Source: an uncultured Planctomycetales bacterium
GTDB lineage: Bacteria > Planctomycetota > Phycisphaerae > UBA1845 > Fen-1342
Direction: 5' to 3'
NCBI GenBank assembly: GCA_964535305.1
Contig: CAZHTF010000002.1
Location: forward strand, 62,058 to 126,057
Length of the DNA: 64,000 nt
Shown here: positions 26,527-34,551 of the stretch, piece by piece
How the letters are laid out: every line of letters starts with the position of its first letter
Position numbering within the stretch: position 1 is the stretch's first letter
Notes under the pieces: generated by a model
Databases searched by the model: none
What the model saw: the letters and a program-made list of their open reading frames with translations, nothing else
What the model was told of the DNA's origin: nothing
Program-made: the position numbers and the translations under genes

Positions 26527-29500
26527 ATGCACGCGCGATTTCATTGCAGATTTACATTCGCCGCCGGCCTGGCGCTGCTCATCGCGCAGCCGGCCGCGGC
26601 CCAGGGGCTGAATCAGAATTTCAACGCGGTGACCGGTGTGGGCGGCGGCGACTTCTTCAGCGGCGCCGGCTTCGTCGAAGTCACCGACTGGGACAGCGGA
26701 ATCAGCGGTGAAAACGCGTTCGTCGGTACCGTCGGCAACGCACGCATCGGGGCAGCTGCGGCCCGCGGCGTTCCCGGCGGCGGCCTGGGCAGCAGCGGCG
26801 CCGGCGAAGTCGAGATCAGCGGCGTGCGCTACGACATCTTCGAGGAGAATTTCAGCAGCGCCACCGGAACAGGTGCGGCGACTTTCCTGGTCGGAAACGG
26901 ATTTCCCGACACCTCCGGCTTCACCCCAGGTTGGGACGCTGGCCTCGTCGGTGAGGCCGCGTTCGCCGGCATGTTCGGCGGCGCAACGCTGGTCGGATCC
27001 GTAACCGCACAGGGCCTTACCAGCGGCGGCATCGGCAACAGCGGCGCAGGCCGCCTCGATGTCGACAACGTCACGCTCGGCGCAACCGGCAATTGGTACG
27101 GCGGCGTGCAGTGGCCCGCCAGCGCTTTCCCCGGAGCTACGCCCCTGCTGAACGCGGGTTTTGACGACGCGGGCGGCTCGCTCAATAACTGGGTCGAATT
27201 CAGCGCCGGCTTCAACGTGCTCGCCGACGCGATCACGCCGCGCTCCGGAACGCATGTCTGCAAGCTTTTCGGGCGATTCAGTGGCGTGGCGAACACCTCC
27301 GGCGTGTACCAGCAGTTGCCGGCCCAGCCGGGTCAGACCTGGGAGATCGATTGCTTCTCGCGGCACAACAGCGGCGACGCGCTGGTCGCCACCGGCAATT
27401 CCGTCGCGCAGCGAATTGAGTTTCTCGACGCGAACAACGCGGTGTTGCTGCAACAGAACGCGACGATTCTGAACTCCGCTTCGCCGCTCGATACCTGGAT
27501 CGACAACGCCCCGCTGCAGCTCGTGGCGCCGGCCGGCACGACCGCCGTGCGGGCGGTGATTGAGTTCTCGCAGCCCGGCGTGCAAGGCGGGGCAGGCCTG
27601 GTCGACGATGTCACGATGCGGCTCGTCTCCGGACCGTCCCCGGTCAATCTGGCGAACTTCTCGCTCAGCGCCGCCGTCCGCGGCGTGGCCAATTCCGCTG
27701 GCGAGGTTCTGGGCGATGTGCAGTTGCGGATCGAAGACGCCGCAGGCAATCGCCGACTGTTCCGCGCCCGGGCGACGGGTGCGTATCAGACGATTGGCGG
27801 CCCGCTTTCGACGGCGATCGAGGCCGATGCGAACGGTGTTCCGGCGACCGGCGTGTTTGACGTGAACTCGCCGCGCTACACGCTGGTCGTCGCGTTTGAT
27901 AACGAGGCTGGCGGGCGCTGGGGCACCGGCGGCACGCTGGAAATCGACGATCTGCGGCTCTCGAATTCAAATCCGGCGGGCAGCGACTGGTTCGCCGGCG
28001 CGTACTTTGACGGCCTGACGCTGCCGACCACGAACCTAGCGCAGCTCACACTTAGCGCGGATGTGAAGGGCAGTGTCTCCGGCGGCGCGTACGAATTGCG
28101 TCTTGAAGCGCTCAAGACGCTGAACGCCGGTATCAACGAGAACTTTGACGCCGCCAGCGGCACCGGTGGCGGGCTGTTCCTTGACGCCGCCGCGATCACA
28201 GGCGGAACGACGTTCGGCTTCACCAACAATTGGGATGACGGCATCAACGGCGAGGCGGCCTTTGGCGGAATCTTCGGCCAGGTGGACGTGCTGGCGGGCG
28301 GCGGCTTCTCGGCGCGCGGGCTGATTGGCGGCGGGCTCAGCGGCGCCGCCGGCGAAATCCGCGTCGAGGAGATGATCATCGGCCCCGGCGGCGGCTGGTT
28401 TGCCGGTTTGGATTGGGGCGGGCAGGGCCTGGCTTCAAGCGACCTCAGTCAGGTGATCCTCACCGCAAACGTGCGCGGCACGAGCGCCTCAGGCGGCCCG
28501 CTCGGCATGTATGAGCTGCGCATCGAAGACGCGCAGGGCGATCGGCTCTACTTCCCGATGACCGCCAACGGAAACTGGCAGAGCGTCGGCGGCCCGCTCA
28601 GCACTGCAACCGCCGGCCCGCGCCTCGGTGGTGGCGGCGATGGAACCTTCAACCTCGACTCGCCCGCCTACCACGTCGTGCTCTCGTTCATCAATCCGGA
28701 AACGACCTGGATCTTCGGCGGCGCGCTGGCGATCGACAACCTGTTCCTCACGCCGGTCACATCCACCAGCGAGGTCGGCCGCGTCTCATTCCGCGGCACA
28801 GCCAACGGCGCCTATCAGCGCATCGGCGGCCCGCTCTCGCAGGGAACCACCAACCTCGGCGACTTCACGCAGGACTTCTCCGATGCGACCGGCACCGGCG
28901 GCGGCGCGTACGGACCCGCCGGCCTGCCGGATTGGGACGACGGCGTCACTGGCGAATCCGCCTTCTTTGGCACGTTCGGGAACGCCGTGGTTGGCGGCGG
29001 CCCCTCGGCACAGGCGTGCCTCAACTGCGGCAACCCGGGTCCCGCCGGACAGGTGGTCGTCTCGAACGTGCAGCCCAACAGCGGTGGCTGGTTCGCCGGC
29101 CTGTTCTGGGCAAACGTCCGCGCGAACCTCGCCGGCGACCTCAGCGCCGTCACACTCTCCGCGACCGTCCGCGGTACGGCCAATACCGCCGCCGGTGAGA
29201 CGCTCGGCGTCTACGGCCTGCGCGTAGAGGACAGCGACCTGACCTCGCTCGTGTTCGAGCTGCCCGCCAACGGCAACTGGCAGAACATCGGCGGCCCGCT
29301 CTCGACCGCACAGGTGGTCCAGATCGGCGCAGGTGACGGCGTGTTCAACTTCAACCAGGCGACCTACACCGTAACGCTCGCGATGGTCGGCACCAGCAGC
29401 AACTGGGGCCCGGGCGCAACGCTGACGATCGACAACCTGTTCCTCACCGGCGTCAACCTCGACGACGCCGACACATACACCGTTACGCTTTCGTTCGAAG

Positions 29501-29730
29501 ACGCGAACACGACCTGGGGCACCGCCGGTCGCCTGACGTTCGACAATGTGTTCCTAGGCGTCTCGTGTCCGGGTGATCTGAACGGGGACAACAACGTCAA
29601 CGAGCAGGATCTTGGGACGCTGTTGGCTTCGTGGCAGACCGGCCCAGGCGGCGACCTCGACGGCGACGGCGATACGGACGAGGCGGACCTCGGCGTGCTG
29701 CTGGCAAACTGGCAGCGCACCTGCCCGTAA
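26527..29730 (+). CDS. 1067-aa secreted repeat protein with an internal CBM4/9-like module and a double dockerin-like tag
   Basis: GAGGAG lies upstream of the start and a signal peptide is present. Two alternating repeat types are described in the findings. The CBM segment LLNAGFDDAGGSLNNWVEF... is paralogous to the GH16 N-terminus. The tail is CPGDLNGDNNVNEQDLGTLLASW...DLDGDGDTDEADLGVLLANWQRTCP. Confidence 0.8.
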   Translation: MHARFHCRFTFAAGLALLIAQPAAAQGLNQNFNAVTGVGGGDFFSGAGFVEVTDWDSGISGENAFVGTVGNARIGAAAARGVPGGGLGSSGAGEVEISGVRYDIFEENFSSATGTGAATFLVGNGFPDTSGFTPGWDAGLVGEAAFAGMFGGATLVGSVTAQGLTSGGIGNSGAGRLDVDNVTLGATGNWYGGVQWPASAFPGATPLLNAGFDDAGGSLNNWVEFSAGFNVLADAITPRSGTHVCKLFGRFSGVANTSGVYQQLPAQPGQTWEIDCFSRHNSGDALVATGNSVAQRIEFLDANNAVLLQQNATILNSASPLDTWIDNAPLQLVAPAGTTAVRAVIEFSQPGVQGGAGLVDDVTMRLVSGPSPVNLANFSLSAAVRGVANSAGEVLGDVQLRIEDAAGNRRLFRARATGAYQTIGGPLSTAIEADANGVPATGVFDVNSPRYTLVVAFDNEAGGRWGTGGTLEIDDLRLSNSNPAGSDWFAGAYFDGLTLPTTNLAQLTLSADVKGSVSGGAYELRLEALKTLNAGINENFDAASGTGGGLFLDAAAITGGTTFGFTNNWDDGINGEAAFGGIFGQVDVLAGGGFSARGLIGGGLSGAAGEIRVEEMIIGPGGGWFAGLDWGGQGLASSDLSQVILTANVRGTSASGGPLGMYELRIEDAQGDRLYFPMTANGNWQSVGGPLSTATAGPRLGGGGDGTFNLDSPAYHVVLSFINPETTWIFGGALAIDNLFLTPVTSTSEVGRVSFRGTANGAYQRIGGPLSQGTTNLGDFTQDFSDATGTGGGAYGPAGLPDWDDGVTGESAFFGTFGNAVVGGGPSAQACLNCGNPGPAGQVVVSNVQPNSGGWFAGLFWANVRANLAGDLSAVTLSATVRGTANTAAGETLGVYGLRVEDSDLTSLVFELPANGNWQNIGGPLSTAQVVQIGAGDGVFNFNQATYTVTLAMVGTSSNWGPGATLTIDNLFLTGVNLDDADTYTVTLSFEDANTTWGTAGRLTFDNVFLGVSCPGDLNGDNNVNEQDLGTLLASWQTGPGGDLDGDGDTDEADLGVLLANWQRTCP

Positions 29731-29773
29731 TCGACGCGAGCGTCGGCACGCAACCTGCGCGAGGTTCACCAGC

Positions 29774-31321
29774 GTGTGTAGCGAACAGCGGCGGCCTGAT
29801 GCGACCCGCGTACAGGCCGCCGCCCGCATTTTCCCCACCGGCGGCCCAGCACGGCGCGGCCCGTCTCGGCGCAGTGCGTCTGCGTGCGCCGCGTCGATCG
29901 CTGGGCAACGCGCGATCGATCGCCGCCGCCGCGCGGCCCGCCGCGCCGGCCAGCCGCCCGGTCCCCTGGTGGTGCTGGCGCTGGCGATCCTCTCGAGCGC
30001 TGGCGTGCTCTTCTGGCCAATTCCGGCGCCGCAGGGCGCGCGGATGTGGACGTTCGCCCGGCTGCACCACGGGATGTACACCGCAGCCATCAACGACTGG
30101 AACGCGCGCGAGTCGCCGCGGATCGAGCTGGCACTGCTGAGCATTCAAGCGGTCGAGCAGCGAATGCTGTCGGCGTTCCTGGCGCAGACCAGCGCCGCCG
30201 AGCTGATTGAGGCTGAACGGCGGATCGCGGCCCGCACCTTTGCCGGTCCGCTCGAGAGCGTCGGATTCGTCGACCTGACCGACTGGCTCCGCGAAGACGG
30301 TCTGGATCAGTCGATCAACGCGGCCTCTTTCACGCCCTGGTCGACGCGCGGGCGGATCTTCGGCCTGCCGCACGACGTGCATCCGGTCATGCTTGGCTAT
30401 CGGGCCGACTTGCTCGAAGCGGCCGGGATCGACGTGTCGCAGATCGAAACCTGGGACGACTTCGTTCGCCTGCTGCGGCCGATGATGGCGCAGCGCGACG
30501 CGCGCGGCGGCCCGCGGCATTTTCTGCTGAACCTCTGGGAGACGCACGTCGAGGCGATCGAGCTGCTCGTCCTGCAGGCGGGTGGCGCGCTGTTTGACGA
30601 GGCCGGCGCGCCGACGCTGGATCGTCCGCTCCATGCGCACGCCATCGCCCAAATCGTGGCGTGGTGCAGCGGACCGGAGCGGATCGCCGCCGACGCGCCG
30701 TACTTCGCCGCCTCCGGCAACAAATTGCTGCTGGACGGATACGTGCTGGCCTCGTTCGTGCCCGATTGGATGTGCAACATCTGGCGGCACGAGATTCCGC
30801 AGCTCGCCGGCAAGGTCAAGCTGATGCCGCTGCCGGCGTGGCGCCCCGGCGGCCTGCGGACCAGCGTCTGGGGCGGCACGATGCTGGGTATCTCGCGCAC
30901 GGCGAAAGACCCGCGCGGCTTGTGGCGCTTCGCCAAGCACCTGTATCTTTCGCCGGCACTGGCGCGCGCGCTGTATCTGCAGGGCGACATCGTCACCCCG
31001 GTGCGCACGTTGTGGGACGACCCGGTTTTCGACCGGCCGGACGCATTCTTCTGCAATCAGCCGAAAGGCCGCATGTATCTGGAGCTGGCACCGACCGTGC
31101 CGCCGCGCAGCAGTTCGCCCTTCGGCGCGATCGCCACGGCGCGGCTGCAGGATGCGGTGGTGCAACTCGCGGCGTACGCGCGCAGCAGCCGCAAGTACAC
31201 GGTCGCGGAGCTTGAGCCCGAGGCGCAGCGGCTGCTGGGGCTGGCCCAGGCGGACGTGTCGCGGCATGTGGCCCGCAACGCATTTTTTGAGCCGCCGGCC
31301 CGCGGCGCGGAGGCTCGATGA
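29774..31321 (+). CDS. ABC transporter extracellular solute-binding protein (family 1, sugar type), N-terminally anchored
   Basis: Operon context is ATGA coupling to the permease at 31318-31321. The anchor helix is PLVVLALAILSSAGVLFW. The start is uncertain: GTG 29774 (GAGG 9 nt upstream), GTG 29969 or ATG 30044. Confidence 0.75.
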   Translation: MCSEQRRPDATRVQAAARIFPTGGPARRGPSRRSASACAASIAGQRAIDRRRRAARRAGQPPGPLVVLALAILSSAGVLFWPIPAPQGARMWTFARLHHGMYTAAINDWNARESPRIELALLSIQAVEQRMLSAFLAQTSAAELIEAERRIAARTFAGPLESVGFVDLTDWLREDGLDQSINAASFTPWSTRGRIFGLPHDVHPVMLGYRADLLEAAGIDVSQIETWDDFVRLLRPMMAQRDARGGPRHFLLNLWETHVEAIELLVLQAGGALFDEAGAPTLDRPLHAHAIAQIVAWCSGPERIAADAPYFAASGNKLLLDGYVLASFVPDWMCNIWRHEIPQLAGKVKLMPLPAWRPGGLRTSVWGGTMLGISRTAKDPRGLWRFAKHLYLSPALARALYLQGDIVTPVRTLWDDPVFDRPDAFFCNQPKGRMYLELAPTVPPRSSSPFGAIATARLQDAVVQLAAYARSSRKYTVAELEPEAQRLLGLAQADVSRHVARNAFFEPPARGAEAR

Positions 31322-32205
31322 GCGCCGCGCCTTCGGCCAATTCCAGCCCGCGGGCGGCCTGGGTGCTGCTGGGGCCGTTTCTGTTGATTTTCGCGCTGTT
31401 TGGCGCGTATCCGCTGCTGCGCGCGGTGCTGCTTGCGTTTCAGCAGACCTTCGGCCCGGGCACGGCCCGCTACGTGGGCCTGAGCAATTTCTGGCATCTC
31501 TCGCAGGATCCGCTTTTCTGGAAGGCGCTGGCCAACACCTGTGTGTACACGGCCGGCTCGGTGTTCATTCAGTTGCCGCTGGCGCTGGGCCTAGCGCTGC
31601 TGCTGAATCGCGAGGGCGTGCGGGCCCGCGGCCTGCTGCGCGCTCTGTTCTTCGCGCCGTCGCTGGTGGGCGTCGTTTTCGTGGCGATGATGTTCAGCGT
31701 CATCTTCGAGAAACGCACCGGCCTGCTGAATCAACTGCTGCACCGCGCGATCGGCTTCGATCTCGAGTTCCCCTGGCTTGATCGCTACGTGATGGCGGCC
31801 CTGATCGTGGCTTCGTTGTGGCTGTATGTCGGCTTCAACATGGTCTATTTCCTCGCCGCATTGCAGAATGTGCCCACGCATCTGCTCGAGGCCGCGCAGA
31901 TCGACGGCGCCGGCGCCGCGCGGCGCTTCCTGCATGTCACGCTGCCGAGCATCCGCCCGGTGGCGGCCTTCGTCGTGCTGCTCTCGATCATCGGCAGCTT
32001 CCAGCTCTTTGAGTTGCCCTGGGTCATGCTCAACAGCAGCGGCGGGCCCGACAACCGCGGCCTGACGATCGTGCTGTACCTCTACCAGACCGGCTTCCAG
32101 ACCGGCGATCTGGGCTACGCATCCGCCATCGCCTGGGTGCTGGCGCTACTGTTGATGGCCTGCTCGATCGCGATGCGGCGTGTGCTGCGCGGAGACGTCG
32201 CGTGA
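31318..32205 (+). CDS. carbohydrate ABC transporter permease (MalF-like)
   Basis: It has six TM segments. The EAA loop is EAAQIDGAGAARRFLHVTLPSIRP. Confidence 0.9.
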   Translation: MSAAPSANSSPRAAWVLLGPFLLIFALFGAYPLLRAVLLAFQQTFGPGTARYVGLSNFWHLSQDPLFWKALANTCVYTAGSVFIQLPLALGLALLLNREGVRARGLLRALFFAPSLVGVVFVAMMFSVIFEKRTGLLNQLLHRAIGFDLEFPWLDRYVMAALIVASLWLYVGFNMVYFLAALQNVPTHLLEAAQIDGAGAARRFLHVTLPSIRPVAAFVVLLSIIGSFQLFELPWVMLNSSGGPDNRGLTIVLYLYQTGFQTGDLGYASAIAWVLALLLMACSIAMRRVLRGDVA

Positions 32206-33065
32206 CGCAGCGATCGCTCAAATCAGCGCTGGCCGCCGGCGCGACGCAGCTCGTGCTGTGGTCGACCGCTCTGCTCGTGTTGCTGCCGTTTCTCTGGTTG
32301 GCTTGCGCGGCGCTGAAGCGCAACGAGGACTTTTTTACGTCGCTCTTTCTGCCCGCGGGTGACGGCTGGCTGGGCGTGGCCTGGTCGCGGCTGACGCTCG
32401 AACACTTCCGCATGCTGTTCGCCGAGCTCGGCATCGGCCGGGCCTTGCTGAACTCGTGCTTCCTGGCATCGACGACGGCAATCCTGGCGTCGTTGGCGGC
32501 CGCCATGGGCGGGTTCGCCTTGGCGCGGCTGCGTTTTCCAGGGCGTCGCGCCGTGGAAGCGCTGGTGCTGGCCGCGATCATCATTCCGCCGCCGCTGCTG
32601 CTGGCGCCCGGTTTTCAACTGCTGTTTCACCTGGGGCTGCTGGACACGATGGCGGGGCTGATCCTGCCGGCGGCCGCGCCGGCCTTCGGCGTCTACCTGT
32701 TTCGCCAGGCGACGCTCAGCGGCGTTCCCGGCGAGCTGCTCGAAGCGGCCCGCATCGACGGCTGCGGCGAGGTACGCGCGTTCTTTTCCATCGGTCTGCC
32801 GCTGGTGATGCCGATGTTCTCTGCATTTGTCATGATCACGTTCCTCGGAACGTGGAACAATTTCCTTACGCCGCAGGTCGTCATGCAAAGCCCCGGGCAG
32901 TTTCCGCTGGCGGTGAGCGTGGCGCAGCTTCGCGGCGTGTATTACCAGGAGTACGGCCTGTTGATGGCCGGGACGCTGGTCTCGGTCGTGCCTGTGCTGG
33001 CGCTTTTCCTGCTGCTGCAGCGCGATTTCATTCGCGGACTGACCAGCGGCGCCGTGAAGGGTTGA
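32202..33065 (+). CDS. carbohydrate ABC transporter permease (MalG-like)
   Basis: GTGA overlap with the upstream permease. The EAA loop is EAARIDGCGEVRAFFSIGLPLVMP. Confidence 0.9.
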   Translation: MTQRSLKSALAAGATQLVLWSTALLVLLPFLWLACAALKRNEDFFTSLFLPAGDGWLGVAWSRLTLEHFRMLFAELGIGRALLNSCFLASTTAILASLAAAMGGFALARLRFPGRRAVEALVLAAIIIPPPLLLAPGFQLLFHLGLLDTMAGLILPAAAPAFGVYLFRQATLSGVPGELLEAARIDGCGEVRAFFSIGLPLVMPMFSAFVMITFLGTWNNFLTPQVVMQSPGQFPLAVSVAQLRGVYYQEYGLLMAGTLVSVVPVLALFLLLQRDFIRGLTSGAVKG

Positions 33066-33072
33066 CCGAGCC

Positions 33073-34551
33073 GTGATCGGAGGATTCGTGAGCACCGACC
33101 TGTTTCCGAGTGATTTCCAGTGGGGCGCGGCCTCGAGCGCGTTCCAGATCGAGGGCGCCGCAAGTCCGCTGCAGCGCGGCGAGTCCATCTGGGACGAATT
33201 CTGCCGCCGACCGGGCGCAGTGCGCGGCGGGGCCGACGGGCAGAGCGCCTGCGAGCATGTCGAGCGCTTCGAGGCCGATGTCCGCCTGATGCGGCAGATC
33301 GGCCTGCAGGCGTATCGGCTTTCGCTGAGCTGGCCACGCGTCGTGCCGAACGGCGAAGGCGCGGACAGCGCCGCCGGCCTGGACTTCTACGATCGTTTGA
33401 TCGACGCGCTGCTCGCCGCCAACATCACCCCTTGGGTCACGCTCTATCACTGGGACCTGCCGCTACCGCTCTGGCGCCGCGGCGGGTGGCAGAACCGCGA
33501 TTGCGCCCGCTGGTTCTCTGAGTACGCTGGCAGCGCCGTGCGGCGGCTGTCTGACCGCGTCACGCATTGGATCACGCTGAATGAGCCGCAGGTCTTTCTG
33601 AGCCTGGGCCTGGGCGAAGGCGTGCACGCGCCGGGTGTGCGCCTGCCGCTGGGTGAGCAACTGCTTGCGGCGCATCACGCCTTGCTCGCGCACGGGCACG
33701 CCGTCCAGGCGATTCGCGCTTCGGCGCGGCGCGGCTGCGCCGTTGGCTGGGCGCCGGTCGGGCGCGTCGAGTTCCCCGACAGCGACTCGCCGCAGGATGT
33801 CGAAGCCGCGCGACAGGCCACGTTCTCGATCGAGAAGGCGGATCTGTGGAGCAACACCTGGTTCGCCGACCCGGTCTGCCTCGGACACTACCCGGCCGAC
33901 GGCCTGCGGCTAATGGCGGATCACCTGCCGCGGATCGACGCCCAGGACCTGCGCATCATCCACCAGCCGCTGGATTTCTTCGGCGTGAACATCTACTCGG
34001 GCACGCGCGTCCGCGCCGGCAGCGATGGGCGGCCCGTGCGCCTGCCCGCGCCGCCGGGCCACGCGCGGAACACGCTGCGCTGGCCGCAGCAGCCCGAAGC
34101 GCTGCGCTGGGGCCCCCGCTTCCTTTGGGAGCGCTATCGCCTGCCGATCGTGATCGCTGAGAACGGCATGAGCAATCTCGATTGGGTCAACCTGGACGGC
34201 GCCGTGCACGACCCGCAGCGGATTGACTACACCCGCCGGCATCTGCTCGAACTGGCCCGGGCCATCGGCGACGGCGCAGACGTCCGTGCGTATTTCCATT
34301 GGTCTATTATGGACAATTTCGAATGGGCCGAAGGCTACGAAGAGCGCTTCGGCCTGATTCACGTCGATTTCGCGACGCAGAAGCGAACCCTGAAGGACTC
34401 CGCGCTATGGTATCGAACCGTGATTCAATCCAACGGCGCTGCGCTGACCAGCTCGCGCGCGGTGCACAGCATGCTCGCGGCGGAGCCGCCGCTGCCGAAA
34501 GCGGCGTACGCCACGCCGGACGGATCGCCCCAGTCTGCCGCGCTTGTGTAA
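33073..34551 (+). CDS. GH1 beta-glucosidase
   Basis: GH1 motifs are FQWGAASSAFQIEGA, TLYHWDLP, WITLNEP (acid/base), IVIAENG (nucleophile) and HWSIMDNFEWAEGY. An alternative GTG start is at 33088. Confidence 0.95.
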   Translation: MIGGFVSTDLFPSDFQWGAASSAFQIEGAASPLQRGESIWDEFCRRPGAVRGGADGQSACEHVERFEADVRLMRQIGLQAYRLSLSWPRVVPNGEGADSAAGLDFYDRLIDALLAANITPWVTLYHWDLPLPLWRRGGWQNRDCARWFSEYAGSAVRRLSDRVTHWITLNEPQVFLSLGLGEGVHAPGVRLPLGEQLLAAHHALLAHGHAVQAIRASARRGCAVGWAPVGRVEFPDSDSPQDVEAARQATFSIEKADLWSNTWFADPVCLGHYPADGLRLMADHLPRIDAQDLRIIHQPLDFFGVNIYSGTRVRAGSDGRPVRLPAPPGHARNTLRWPQQPEALRWGPRFLWERYRLPIVIAENGMSNLDWVNLDGAVHDPQRIDYTRRHLLELARAIGDGADVRAYFHWSIMDNFEWAEGYEERFGLIHVDFATQKRTLKDSALWYRTVIQSNGAALTSSRAVHSMLAAEPPLPKAAYATPDGSPQSAALV

